NCBI GenBank assembly: GCA_050633305.1
Contig: JBOEGF010000043.1
Location: forward strand, 254,725-318,724
Length of the DNA: 64,000 nucleotides
Source: Nannocystales bacterium
GTDB taxonomy: Bacteria > Myxococcota_A > Polyangia > Nannocystales > Nannocystaceae
Direction: 5' to 3'
Shown here: positions 26,235 through 36,160 of the stretch, piece after piece
Numbering within the stretch: position 1 is the stretch's first letter
Layout: every line of letters starts with the position of its first letter
Notes under the pieces: generated by a model
What the model was told of the DNA's origin: nothing
What the model saw: the letters and a program-made list of their open reading frames with translations, nothing else
Database searches by the model: none
Translations under genes and position numbers: made by a program

Positions 26235-27590
26235 CTACGAGGGGGCCAGCACCTGGCCCCACGTCGAGAACTCGGGGCTCTGGCCGCGCGACCAGGTCAC
26301 GAGCCAACCGCCGTCGGTCCAGGTCAACGAGGGCGGGTAGGGCGGGGACTGGGTGTCCAGTTCGAGCTCGTCGCCCAGCGTCACCACGGTTTGGGCGTCC
26401 GCCTTGCCTCCGATCGCCAGGCGCTGGAAGACGACGGCATTGTTGAGTCCGCCGAGGTTGCGGTGGAAGACGACCGCCAGCGCCCCCTCAGGGCTCACGG
26501 CGACGGTAGGGCTGTGCTCGATTGTCCCTGCGGCGCCAAGCAGCAGCGGTGCAGCGGTGCCCAGGGCGACGCCGACATCGAGCGCAGATCCGGAGCCGAT
26601 GGTGCCCGCGACGAGGGGCATCGTGGGTGCATCCGGCCGAGCGACGACCTGTCCTCCCTGCGCTGCGACGCCTTCGAAGGCCGCCGCGGCGGTCGCTTCA
26701 GGGCTCACCAGCCACACCTGGTCTCCCATGTCGTTGCTGCGCTGGTAGCTGAGCCAGGAACCCGAGCTGGCGGCGAGCAGGTGGCTGACACCCTCCTCCA
26801 CGGGCGGGCCGAGGGCTTCTCCGAGGAGCGTGCCGTCGCCGTCAAGAGGTTGGCGGAACGCGACGAAGGCCGGGCTGTCCGGGTGCGCACGTAGACCCGC
26901 GACCGAGAACCCATCGTCCGTTCCGTTGACGAGGGCAAACGTATGGTTCTCGGAGATCTCTGTCCCTTGGACACTTGTCGTGACGCGAAACTGGCTGTCC
27001 TCCAGAGGCACTCCATCGCTGTTCAAAACCCGGCCGTGAATCTGCAGGTTGCTCGAACCGCCAGAGCCGTCGTCGGTGTTCCAAACGACTAAGACCCGGT
27101 CGCCTGAGACGGCCACGGATGCATCGATGTCGTTGCCGGGGGCTGTGCTGACGACCTGTCGCGGTACATCGACCACGCCCGCGCACCGAAGGTGCAGCAC
27201 CGCCACGTCGAACAGGCTCCCCGAAGGCTCTGGCTCGACGAAGCTAAACCATGCGCCCGAACCATCCCCAGCGGCGTGGGGGTGAATGCGGGTCGTCGAG
27301 GCGTCGGCGGCGATCTCGAAGGGGTTGCCGGGCTCGAATGCGTCACAGTCCGAAGTGTCTGTCGTGCTCGAGCTTCCGTCTCCCGTGGAGCTGCTCGTTC
27401 CCTCGCCGGTCGAGCCGCTGCCACTCGTACCCACGCCGGTGGTGCTCTCGCCCCCCGTGCCTGGAATGTCGGCCGTGCTTCCGCCGGAGGTCTCGCCGGT
27501 CGAGCCCTCAGCACCCGTGGACGCAGGGTCTGTGTCGCAACCGCCCAGCGCCAAGAGGAGGACGGCCAGATTCCACCGTGTGCACACCAT
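26235..27590 (-). CDS. Hypothetical lipoprotein with Ser/Thr/Gly linker
   Basis: Start MVCTRWNLAVLLLALGGC; beta-rich C-domain. The upstream part of the track ORF overlaps prsW and is spurious. Confidence 0.75.
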   Translation of the reverse strand: MVCTRWNLAVLLLALGGCDTDPASTGAEGSTGETSGGSTADIPGTGGESTTGVGTSGSGSTGEGTSSSTGDGSSSTTDTSDCDAFEPGNPFEIAADASTTRIHPHAAGDGSGAWFSFVEPEPSGSLFDVAVLHLRCAGVVDVPRQVVSTAPGNDIDASVAVSGDRVLVVWNTDDGSGGSSNLQIHGRVLNSDGVPLEDSQFRVTTSVQGTEISENHTFALVNGTDDGFSVAGLRAHPDSPAFVAFRQPLDGDGTLLGEALGPPVEEGVSHLLAASSGSWLSYQRSNDMGDQVWLVSPEATAAAAFEGVAAQGGQVVARPDAPTMPLVAGTIGSGSALDVGVALGTAAPLLLGAAGTIEHSPTVAVSPEGALAVVFHRNLGGLNNAVVFQRLAIGGKADAQTVVTLGDELELDTQSPPYPPSLTWTDGGWLVTWSRGQSPEFSTWGQVLAPS

Positions 27591-27637
27591 GGAACGCGTA
27601 TATCTCGGCACTGTGTGCCAGGTCTGCGACGTAACTC

Positions 27638-28384
27638 TCAGGGCAGGGCGCGGTCGTCCGCCGCCACGGCCCGCGCGGCGAACATGCGCATGGCGAGGAC
27701 CGAGCCCAGGATGACGAGCAACGGTGGGGCGTAGGCGAACACCGGGACGCCCCAAATCCCCAACGCCCACGTGGTGTGACCGTGGGCGATGGCCACGGGC
27801 ACGGCGAAGAGGGAGGCGTCGTACAGGCCGTGCATCAAGACGCCGAGAAGGTAGCCACCGAGCATGCCCGGACCGGTTCCGTCGAAGCGGCGACGGGCTG
27901 CGAAGTAGCCGAGGATGGCTCCCCATGCAGCGTGTCCGGGGACGGCCAACAGAGCTCGGGCCACGAACAGGGACAGGAACTCGCTCAGAGAGTGCGGGAC
28001 GATCAGCAGGTAGACGACGTTCTCGACCAGAGCGAAGCCAAGACCAGCGCGGGCGCCATACACGATGCCATCCATGCGCTCGTCGAACTCGGGCCGTCGC
28101 CAGGCCACGAGGAGGACACACGCGAGCTTTGCCGCTTCTTCGGGTCCGGCCGCGACGACGAACGCGTCGTAGAACGCGGATGCGTAGGTCCCAACTTCGG
28201 GGCCGAGCGGTCGCAGCAAAGCTCCGATCGCGACCACGACAAACCCCGAGAGCGCCCCTGCCAACGCCACGAGCCGTAAGGTCCGCTGGGGCTCGGGGCG
28301 CTTGGCGTCGAGGCGGTCCACGTAGGCCATCGCGAGGATGGCCGGGAGCGCGCCGAACAGCGCCAGCTGAAACTGAGCTGGCAC
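27638..28384 (-). CDS. prsW: PrsW-family intramembrane glutamic protease
   Basis: EEAAK, DGIVYG...GLGFA..EN, H..W, HGLYD. Confidence 0.88.
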   Translation of the reverse strand: MPAQFQLALFGALPAILAMAYVDRLDAKRPEPQRTLRLVALAGALSGFVVVAIGALLRPLGPEVGTYASAFYDAFVVAAGPEEAAKLACVLLVAWRRPEFDERMDGIVYGARAGLGFALVENVVYLLIVPHSLSEFLSLFVARALLAVPGHAAWGAILGYFAARRRFDGTGPGMLGGYLLGVLMHGLYDASLFAVPVAIAHGHTTWALGIWGVPVFAYAPPLLVILGSVLAMRMFAARAVAADDRALP

Positions 28385-28393
28385 GAGGGGGAG

Positions 28394-28714
28394 TTACGCG
28401 GTGCGCTGGATGATGTGATAGCCGAACGGGGTCTCCACGACACCGCTCGTTCCGCCGACAGGAAGGCCGAAGGCGGACTCTTCGAACGCACCGACCATCT
28501 GGCCACGTCCAAACTTGCCCAGGTCGCCGCCTTGGGCGCTGGAGGGGCAGTCCGAGTGGGCTTTGGCGAGGTCGCCGAACGACTCGCCTGCGGTCAGCTT
28601 GGACTCGATCTCGGCGATCAGGGTCTTGGCCTCGTCTTGGCTACGGCTTGCGGAGCTGCGCATCGAGCCGGCGTACATGAGCAGGATGTGGGAGGCTTGA
28701 ACTTGATCAGCCAT
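28394..28714 (-). CDS. Parvulin-type peptidyl-prolyl isomerase
   Basis: VQASHILL, SDCPS..QGGDLG.F.RGQM...FE..AF.L, VETPFGYHII. Confidence 0.95.
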   Translation of the reverse strand: MADQVQASHILLMYAGSMRSSASRSQDEAKTLIAEIESKLTAGESFGDLAKAHSDCPSSAQGGDLGKFGRGQMVGAFEESAFGLPVGGTSGVVETPFGYHIIQRTA

Positions 28715-28736
28715 CGTTGGCCGGCAGTGTAGGCCA

Positions 28737-29642
28737 TCAGGGCGCACGGTGCTGGAGGGCGTTCGAGATGGCTTCCAGATGGGAGCGCTCGATCTGGCAG
28801 CATCCGCCGACAAGTCGTGCGCCAACGTCGATCCACGAACGCGTGAGGTCTGCCAGGGCCAGTGGCGAGATTGAATCTCCGTGCCACGCGCCATCGTCAT
28901 AGCGCCGACCGGCGTTTGGGTAGGCGACCAGCGGGAGGTCGCAGATTGCCCGGATGCGTCGAAGAAGGCCTAGGACGTACTCGGGGGCGGTGCAGTTGAC
29001 CCCGACCGCGGCAACGCGAGGGCTCTCCAGCACCGATGCGACACACAACTCGATCGCCTCGCCGCTGCACGCGTACGCGTCATCGATTGCACTGAAGCTG
29101 ACCCATGCGGTCAGTCCAGCGGGCAGGTCCTCGCAGGCCCTGGCGATGGCCTCGGCTTCGATACGGCAGGGCACGGTCTCAAACGCGACGACGTCGGCGG
29201 AGGCGAACGCGGGCAGCCGTGAGCGATGGAAGCCCTCGAGCGTTTCGAGCGGCACGCCGTAGTCACCACGATACTCGGAACCGTCGGCCAGGAAGGCGCC
29301 GTAGGGCCCCGCGGACGCTGCGACCCAGACCGGGTGTGGTGCACGTTCCGCGGCCTCGCGGGCTAGGTTGGTGGCCGACTCGATGCAATCGAGGGCGGCC
29401 TGCTCGGTCAGTCCTCGCGCCTGCAGCCCGGGCAGCGAGGCTTGGTACGACGCTGTGGTGAGCACCTCGGCGCCCGCGGAGATGAACTCCTCGTGCGCGG
29501 CGGCGATCGCATCGGGGGCGTCGAGCAGCAGTCGCGCGGACCACAGCGGATCGCCAAGGTCGTGGCCCTTGCGCTGCAGCACAGTGGCAAGCCCTCCGTC
29601 GAGGAGTCGTGGACGAGACAAAGCCGTGGCGAACGCGGACAT
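28737..29642 (-). CDS. mmuM: Homocysteine S-methyltransferase
   Basis: LDGG, PLWSA, T.SYQAS, GPYGA.LADGSEY.G.Y, FETVP, GVNC, YPN.G, GGCC. Confidence 0.93.
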   Translation of the reverse strand: MSAFATALSRPRLLDGGLATVLQRKGHDLGDPLWSARLLLDAPDAIAAAHEEFISAGAEVLTTASYQASLPGLQARGLTEQAALDCIESATNLAREAAERAPHPVWVAASAGPYGAFLADGSEYRGDYGVPLETLEGFHRSRLPAFASADVVAFETVPCRIEAEAIARACEDLPAGLTAWVSFSAIDDAYACSGEAIELCVASVLESPRVAAVGVNCTAPEYVLGLLRRIRAICDLPLVAYPNAGRRYDDGAWHGDSISPLALADLTRSWIDVGARLVGGCCQIERSHLEAISNALQHRAP

Positions 29643-29671
29643 GCGGCGACGCGGAAGGGTACCAGCGACGA

Positions 29672-30754
29672 CTATCGGGCCGGGGGGGCTGCAAGTCCGA
29701 GTTGCGCGGCGAGTTTGGGGTTGTCAGGTCCGGCTCTCCAGATGAACCGGTCCAGGACGTAGTGCGTGGCCTGGGGCACCGTGAGCAGTGCGACGACGAA
29801 TGCCGTGGCTAGGCTCGAAAGCTCCGTAGGTGCAGAGCCGAACAGCTCCGGTCGGTCGTGCCACACCAACCGGTCCCACAGCGCCTCCTCGGTGACTGCC
29901 AGCACCAGCAGGACTCCGTAGAACACCAGCGCGAGTAGGGCTGGGCTCGCGTTCTTCAGGCGGGTGGCCACGGTGTCACGACCACCGGCGACCCAGACCA
30001 GGGCGAAGTACGGGATGCCATGAAAGAACACGTTGGTGATCGTGAAGACCCGGTCGTCGTCAAACACGACCATGCCCAGGTGCCAGTTGATCGCGGGGAG
30101 GACCACCAAGGCGAACAGAATCGGGTTGGCGTGGCCTTGCCTCCACCGAAGGACGCGGCGGGCGAGGAACGCCATCCAGACCGGGACCTGTCCCCACAGG
30201 GCAACCGTTCCCAGCCAGCCGGGCGCGCCCGCGACCAGGTCGCCGGGCACGAACCATGCGAAACGGGTGGGCAAGTGCGCGTGCCAATGCAGCACCGGGC
30301 CCAACGTGCCCGCCCAGATCGCCGCGACCGTGAGCTTGCGGTCGAGTGTCGTCTCGCGACCCGCACGGACGTAGAGCAGGGCGAACCCGAGATGCTGCTT
30401 GATGAAGTGGAAAATCGCGATGTAGGCGAGCACGCTCCAAAACAGCAGCGGTGACTCGAGGTGCAACAGGACTCCGACCCACAGGCACAGCACCGGGATG
30501 AGCCACAGGCGTTTGCGGTGAAGCGCGCGGGCTTGAGCGTCCAGGTACGTCCGGTACAGCGACGCGTAGACATGGGCGACGTCGACCAGGAGGACGCCAA
30601 GGATCCAAAGGCCGAGCCCGCCGCCCTCACGGGTCTCGCTGGTGGCGGGGAGCAGGCCGATGGTCAGTCCGGCCATCGCCGCCAGGACGCCGGGAAGGAC
30701 AAACCACGTGAAGTCGTGCCGGGGGGACACGAGCGCTGGAGCGCTTCGGGGCAT
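29672..30754 (-). CDS. Multi-pass membrane protein with conserved His motifs
   Basis: DVAHVYAS, FHFIKQH, HGIPY, HYVLD..IW; several TM helices. Confidence 0.75.
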   Translation of the reverse strand: MPRSAPALVSPRHDFTWFVLPGVLAAMAGLTIGLLPATSETREGGGLGLWILGVLLVDVAHVYASLYRTYLDAQARALHRKRLWLIPVLCLWVGVLLHLESPLLFWSVLAYIAIFHFIKQHLGFALLYVRAGRETTLDRKLTVAAIWAGTLGPVLHWHAHLPTRFAWFVPGDLVAGAPGWLGTVALWGQVPVWMAFLARRVLRWRQGHANPILFALVVLPAINWHLGMVVFDDDRVFTITNVFFHGIPYFALVWVAGGRDTVATRLKNASPALLALVFYGVLLVLAVTEEALWDRLVWHDRPELFGSAPTELSSLATAFVVALLTVPQATHYVLDRFIWRAGPDNPKLAAQLGLAAPPAR

Positions 30755-30859
30755 CGCTGGGCAAGAGCGTACCGAGCCTTCCGAGCGTTGGGGGGGCCGG
30801 GAACCTCCGTCGCGGCCAAGATTACAACGGGTGGTCGTGGATACGTCGCCGGGCGGATC

Positions 30860-32239
30860 TCACGTCCTTGACTCGTCGACCCATCCGACGAGCCGCGCGG
30901 TAAATCGATCCACACGGGCTTCTTCGTTGCAGACGTCGTCCATGATCGAGACTTCGTCCACGAGGAAGTCCTTCTCGAATCGAGTTTCGACCCATCGTCT
31001 CATCGCTTGCGGGTACAGCTGATCGAGTCGGTCCGAGTCGTAGAGGTCCATCGCCCCATAGAGGTGGAGGAGCTCGTGTGCGTAGATTCCGGCGGGTTCG
31101 AGCGATGCCACACACATCGCTCGGTCGAGGGGGTTTGCAAACCCTAGCGTGCCGACGTCCGAGACGACGATGACGATCCCGTGGTGTCCATCGTCCAGCA
31201 TCTGCTGCCTTATCTGTTCGACATGGGCCTCGGCATCGCAATACGCGGACTTGAGCGAGGCGCTGGCAGGTACGCGACGATGCGCTGCAGGAGCGACTTC
31301 GCGAAACTCGACACCGCAGGCAAACCGACTGGCCTCGTGCGTAAGCCAGCGAAGTCCCTGATCGAGGCGAACGCGCCACTGTGCCTTATCCGCCGCCTCC
31401 GCGGTGATCTCGTCGTGGAGTTGGAACGGGAGGGGGCCGGTCGCGGTGGTGGAGACCTCGGCTGCCTCAGCGGTGAGGTGGAGTACCCTGAACGGGACCG
31501 TTCCGGTTAGGTGCCCGTGTCTTTGCCGATGCTGAACGAAGGCCGACGCACGGCGGTCGAAAGCGCGGAGCGAGCGTAGAAACAACGCGGTGACGACTCC
31601 GCTGAACAACCCCGCCGCGCCCCACGGGTGACCCGTGATGAGTAGCAGGGTCGACGCGGCGACTCCGAGTAGCAGGTACCGCTTGATGGGGACCGCCGTG
31701 ACCCGGGCGTCCCAGCTGTAGATGCAGCCCCGCTCTCGGACAATCCCGTGGAGCGAACTCCCCCACGGATAGCGGCGAAAGAATGCTGGGAAGCGTTCGG
31801 CGAAGTCCTCGAGGGGGACGCCGGTGACGTCGAAACGGCTGGACGGGGGCGGCGACAGCAAGCGACGCCCCGTCAATGCTTCGTGGCGGTCGCTGGCGAG
31901 CACGAGCAGTCGCTCGCACGTCCAGCTGCCCGTCTCGGTAAGTGGGAGCAGGTTGTCCGGGTTTGTGACGCCGGCCTGCCAGACTTGGCGCGGTGCGAGA
32001 ATGAGGCGGCAGCAGAACGCTCGAAAGGAACTGTCGTCGAGTCTCAGCTCCGCGAGCGCGGCCGCGGTCTGGAGCTCGGGAAGGTCGAGCCAGTCGAGCA
32101 AGCCATGAAGCGTGTCGTGGAAGCCCTCGAGTGATTCGGCCGGGAGTTCTGCGAGACGCAGGTCAAGCGCGTCGCAGTGGCGCTGCGGGTCTGGCCTGTA
32201 CGTCTCCTCGATGAGACGGCGGAACGCTACGGTCTCCAA
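30860..32239 (-). CDS. Fusion protein: DUF4240-like N-domain, 2 TM helices, C-terminal HEXXH metallopeptidase motif; start uncertain
   Basis: F..LIE...L..L...F....D.SF..F...LI pattern ending RFP.F; AHELLHLYGAMDLY with SIM Met-turn. Confidence 0.6.
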   Translation of the reverse strand: METVAFRRLIEETYRPDPQRHCDALDLRLAELPAESLEGFHDTLHGLLDWLDLPELQTAAALAELRLDDSSFRAFCCRLILAPRQVWQAGVTNPDNLLPLTETGSWTCERLLVLASDRHEALTGRRLLSPPPSSRFDVTGVPLEDFAERFPAFFRRYPWGSSLHGIVRERGCIYSWDARVTAVPIKRYLLLGVAASTLLLITGHPWGAAGLFSGVVTALFLRSLRAFDRRASAFVQHRQRHGHLTGTVPFRVLHLTAEAAEVSTTATGPLPFQLHDEITAEAADKAQWRVRLDQGLRWLTHEASRFACGVEFREVAPAAHRRVPASASLKSAYCDAEAHVEQIRQQMLDDGHHGIVIVVSDVGTLGFANPLDRAMCVASLEPAGIYAHELLHLYGAMDLYDSDRLDQLYPQAMRRWVETRFEKDFLVDEVSIMDDVCNEEARVDRFTARLVGWVDESRT

Positions 32240-32333
32240 TGAAACATCATACTCGTCCGGCGGACCGCGTATTCCGCCCATTCGTCCTCGTCGTTGACGC
32301 TCCGCGAGGGGCCTGCTCTGGGAGAACCTCGGC

Positions 32334-33464
32334 TCAAGGGGAGGACGCACGTGACACGCTCAATGGCCCTTCGCGGAATCTCGATGACCACACCACGTAC
32401 GCCGGTCCATCCGGTGCAACGGCGAGCTGTGCGGAGTGGTGCTCTCGGTCTTCGAACACATGTTCGTCCCCCCATGTTCCATCTGCAGACTCGAAACGCC
32501 TCGTGACGAGCCCGCGGATGTCCTCCCACGCGACGGTGATGTTCCCGCACGCATCGATGCCGAGCTGCGGGGGGGGTCTTCGGAGAGGACTTCTGAAGCG
32601 AAGCGCACCGTGTCGTCCCACGTCCCGGTGCCGACGTCACGGCGCCGGACATGCAGGGACTGCGATCCGTCTTCGGACGCGAACCAGGCGATCGCAGAGC
32701 TGCCCCGTCCGTTCGCGACTTGGACAGGGGGTCGCAGTTTGGGTTGGGGTCCCGCGAGGCTCACCGGGTTGGTCCAGGTCTCGCGGTCGGTCGGTCGGGT
32801 TGCGGTCATGATTCGGCCGCCTTGCTCCCCGTGTTGCCACCACGCGGCGATGGCATGTTCGGCCGAGAGCCACCCGAGGGTCGCGTCTTCGGCGTACGTC
32901 CCGTGTTGTTCGGAGTCGAGGCGAACGGTTTTGGACCATGTTCCCTCGGAGAGTTCGCGAACGAGGACCTGCTGGACGCTGGTCGTCCCCTGAGTCCAGA
33001 CCGTCGCGACCCGGTCGCCCGGACTCGCGGCGATCCCCGTCGGGTAGGCGTGCATGGTGGGCTTCGAGAGTGGGCCGTCGTGTTGCCACTGCCCGTCGGC
33101 GCTCAGACGGGCAGCGAAGATTCGGGTTCCGCCATCGGCGTGGGCTGGCCAAACCGCGACCGCTGCGCCCCTGGCGGTCTGCGGTCAGGACGGGGAAGCC
33201 GCAGTCGTTGGCATGCGCGCAGAGTTCGACCGCGGGTTCCCACCCGCCGCCTCGCCGCTGCGCGACGGCGAGGACGGCGTCGTTGCCGGGCTCGTCAGTG
33301 ACCCAAGTCGCGATGACACGGCCGCGCGGGCCGAAGGCAAGCAAGGGTCCCACCGGACGCCCCGAGTTGCCCACGAAGGCGTCGCTCTCGGACTGCGGTG
33401 TTCTGCATCCCGCTCCGAGCGCCCACGCTGCCAAGAACACGAACGGGGGTCGACGGATCCTCAA
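32334..33464 (-). pseudogene. Frameshifted lipoprotein gene (beta-propeller-like); pseudogene or sequencing error
   Basis: MRIRRPPFVFLAAWALGAGC...DRQ shifts at the C4 run 33168-33171 into GAAVAVWPAH...SEDP, then at the G8 run 32569-32576 into PQLGIDACGNITVAW...SSP*. Confidence 0.65.
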
Positions 33465-33550
33465 TGCCTCCAGCGTGACACGACCGATCGCCCACGCGGT
33501 GCGGTCTGGATCACGCCAGCCAAGCCCGGCAAGGGCGTGACAAGCGAGGC

Positions 33551-35917
33551 TCAGACCTCGAGGCCGAGCTGCTGTACGCCCAAGAGGTGAAGGCGGCACG
33601 GATCGTTGCCGACGAGTTTGTGCTCCTCGTCGAGCAGCGCACGGAGCACGCCGATCTCTCGTTCGAGGATCGGCACGACCATGAGCTGTTTCGACTTGGC
33701 CCGCAGGACGCGGCGCATCATTCGGAGCAGCTCGTCGTCGAGAGGCTCCCCCAAGAGGGCATCCCCGAAGGCCTCCTCGACGATGGTACGTACCCGCTGA
33801 GCGCGATCGGTGTCGTCCACTTCGATCACGCCGAGGAGCCGTGGCGACATGATGGCCGCACTGTCGAGGTTCGCGGCATCGGCAGTTCGCAGGGCCTTCG
33901 CAGCGTCTTCCGTGGACCGGGCCGAACGAAGGCTCTCGAGCAGGTCTTCGTCGTGACACAGCCGCCCGACGTGGGCGAGCGCTTGAAGGTGGAGTTGGGG
34001 GGCGTCGGGTGGCGCGAGAAGGACGAAGAAAATGTCGGCCTCGTCCGACTCGACGGCGATCGGGTTGGGCGTGGTGACAAGCGCAGCGATGCTCTCGCGA
34101 AGACCTGGAATCGGGGCGTGGGGGACGCTGACGCCGGCCCCCAGAGCGACGTGCCCCTCGATTCGCTCGAGCAGGGCTCTCTCGAGCGATGCCGCGTCCA
34201 CGCCAGCTTCGTCGGCGAGGGCTGCGGCGCCGGCCCGGATGACGTCTTCGAGCTTGGTGGCGTCGGTACGCACTTGGATGCGATCGAGCGGGATGAAGTC
34301 GGTGCGCGGCGGATGAACCTCGCCCGCTCGCAAGGGTGCATACAGCTGCTTCCATTCCGCCCAGATCGTGCTGACCAACGAGCCTGGAGCCGGGGCTTCG
34401 CGGCCCCCACCTACGACGGCGTTGCGGTAGCGCTCGGTCAGCTCTTCCCACTCGACGACCATACCCGCGTGCCCACCACTCTCGCGGCTCTCGCTCCACG
34501 TGGAGAGAAGCTGCAAGCAGGCGTGGTCGATGTGGTCGAGGCGGTCGATGTGAACACGGAGCTCGCACTCTTCAGGGATGGCATCGAGTGCGGCGGCCAG
34601 GCGAGGCACCTGGAGGAACGTTGCCGACCCTTGCAGGTGGAGGTCGTAGACGTTGCCCTTGGGCGCGCGTTGGCCCTCGATCTCGAGCCGAGCGAACGTG
34701 TAGACGATCTTTCCGACTGCCGCCGCGAGTCCGGCCATGATGCCGGTGAACAGGTCGATGAAGACGACGCCGAACAGCGTGATCAAGCAGATCGCGAGCT
34801 CGGAACGGCCTTGTTGATACAGGGCCTGCATGGCCCGCCAGTCGATCAACCGGTATCCGGTGTAGACGAGAATTGCGCCGAGGCTGGCCCGTGGAAGCAG
34901 CTCGAGCAGCTGGGGCGCGATCGAAACGAAGCCCAAGATCCAGATCCCGTGCAGGATCGTCGAGCGGCGGGTCCGGGCGCCGGCGTCCACGTTGACCGAG
35001 CTACGGACGATGACGCCGGTCATGGGGAGGCCCCCAAGCGCGCCGGTCAGCGCGTTGCCCACCCCTTGGGCGAACATCTCCTTGTCGTAGTTGGCCTTCG
35101 AGAAGTTCTGTCGCTGGTCGATGGCGTTGGCTGTGAGCAGCGTGGCCGCGCTGGCGACGAAGGCAAATACCAGCGAGAGCGTCACCAGGTCTTTGGAGAG
35201 CAGGCCGCGGTAGTCCGCCGCTTGGGCCGGCGCGAGCCCGTCGAAGAAGTTGGGCGACATCTCCAAGAACCGCACGTCGGGCGAAAGCACGATGGTGCCG
35301 GCGGTCACGACGACGAGCGCGACGAGCTGCCCGGGGACCAGGCTGAGGGATTTGGGGCGCAGCTTGGGCCACGACGCGATCAGCACAATCGAGGTCACGG
35401 CAATGGTCAGCGGTGCGAGGATCTCGCCCGAGAGACTCCCAGGCAGGGCCAGGACGTTGTCGAGAAACGAGCCCTCGGGATCCACGTCCAGGCAGACGTG
35501 CAGCTGAGAGGTGAAGATGATGACGCCGATCCCGATCAGCATCCCCTGGATGACCGCAGGGGCCACCGCTCGGAACCACTGACCGAGCTTGAAGACGCCC
35601 GCGAGCATCTGCCAAACGCCCGCGAGTACGACGACCGGGCCGAGCATGACCAGCCCGTGCTCGCGGATGAGGTCGACAACCAGGACGATGAGGCTCGCGG
35701 CAGGACCACTGACAAGCAGGGGAGCGCCGGAGAACACACCGACGACCAGCCCGCCGATGATGCCCGTCACGAGGCCGCGTTCCGCGGGAACGCCACACGC
35801 GACGGCGATGCCGATGCACAGAGGCAGCGCGACCAAGAAGACGACGGTCGAGGCGAGGAAGTCTGGCAGCCAGCCAGTGGGTTCCGAGGAGGTTTTGGCC
35901 TGCTTGGATTCGAGCAT
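33551..35917 (-). CDS. SulP-family anion transporter with STAS-like domain fused to a PTS EIIA (Ntr/Fru-type) domain
   Basis: VVFLVALPLCIGIA.A, SGPAA, GGLPMTGVIVRSS.N, IDHAC; later GVSVPHA and IFFVLLAP....HLQALA. Confidence 0.88.
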   Translation of the reverse strand: MLESKQAKTSSEPTGWLPDFLASTVVFLVALPLCIGIAVACGVPAERGLVTGIIGGLVVGVFSGAPLLVSGPAASLIVLVVDLIREHGLVMLGPVVVLAGVWQMLAGVFKLGQWFRAVAPAVIQGMLIGIGVIIFTSQLHVCLDVDPEGSFLDNVLALPGSLSGEILAPLTIAVTSIVLIASWPKLRPKSLSLVPGQLVALVVVTAGTIVLSPDVRFLEMSPNFFDGLAPAQAADYRGLLSKDLVTLSLVFAFVASAATLLTANAIDQRQNFSKANYDKEMFAQGVGNALTGALGGLPMTGVIVRSSVNVDAGARTRRSTILHGIWILGFVSIAPQLLELLPRASLGAILVYTGYRLIDWRAMQALYQQGRSELAICLITLFGVVFIDLFTGIMAGLAAAVGKIVYTFARLEIEGQRAPKGNVYDLHLQGSATFLQVPRLAAALDAIPEECELRVHIDRLDHIDHACLQLLSTWSESRESGGHAGMVVEWEELTERYRNAVVGGGREAPAPGSLVSTIWAEWKQLYAPLRAGEVHPPRTDFIPLDRIQVRTDATKLEDVIRAGAAALADEAGVDAASLERALLERIEGHVALGAGVSVPHAPIPGLRESIAALVTTPNPIAVESDEADIFFVLLAPPDAPQLHLQALAHVGRLCHDEDLLESLRSARSTEDAAKALRTADAANLDSAAIMSPRLLGVIEVDDTDRAQRVRTIVEEAFGDALLGEPLDDELLRMMRRVLRAKSKQLMVVPILEREIGVLRALLDEEHKLVGNDPCRLHLLGVQQLGLEV

Positions 35918-36160
35918 GAGCGAAGACCGGTCGGGGGACCCCGCGACCTGCGCACGAAGCTAGCATGCAATCACGGAGTCGCGCGCGACTCCCGGACACA
36001 ACCCGAAAACCTACGTTTCTCCGGTGTCGGCGTCGCCTGGACTCGTGTCTTGGAAGGAGACGCGGGCGATCGGCGGGGCGTCGCGGACCCCACAGCCACG
36101 GGGGGTCATCGCATGTCGAAAAGCGGGAACAGTTGGTGATCGGCGGCAACGACCACCCTG

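Noticed and set aside
33587..36139. 850-aa plus-strand ORF
   Set aside because: Antisense shadow of the SulP gene. High-GC codon bias leaves the opposite frame open, and it has no recognisable motifs. The same applies to 1870-3093, 8128-9546, 12335-13588, 23377-24852, 37106-38581 and 47902-49128.
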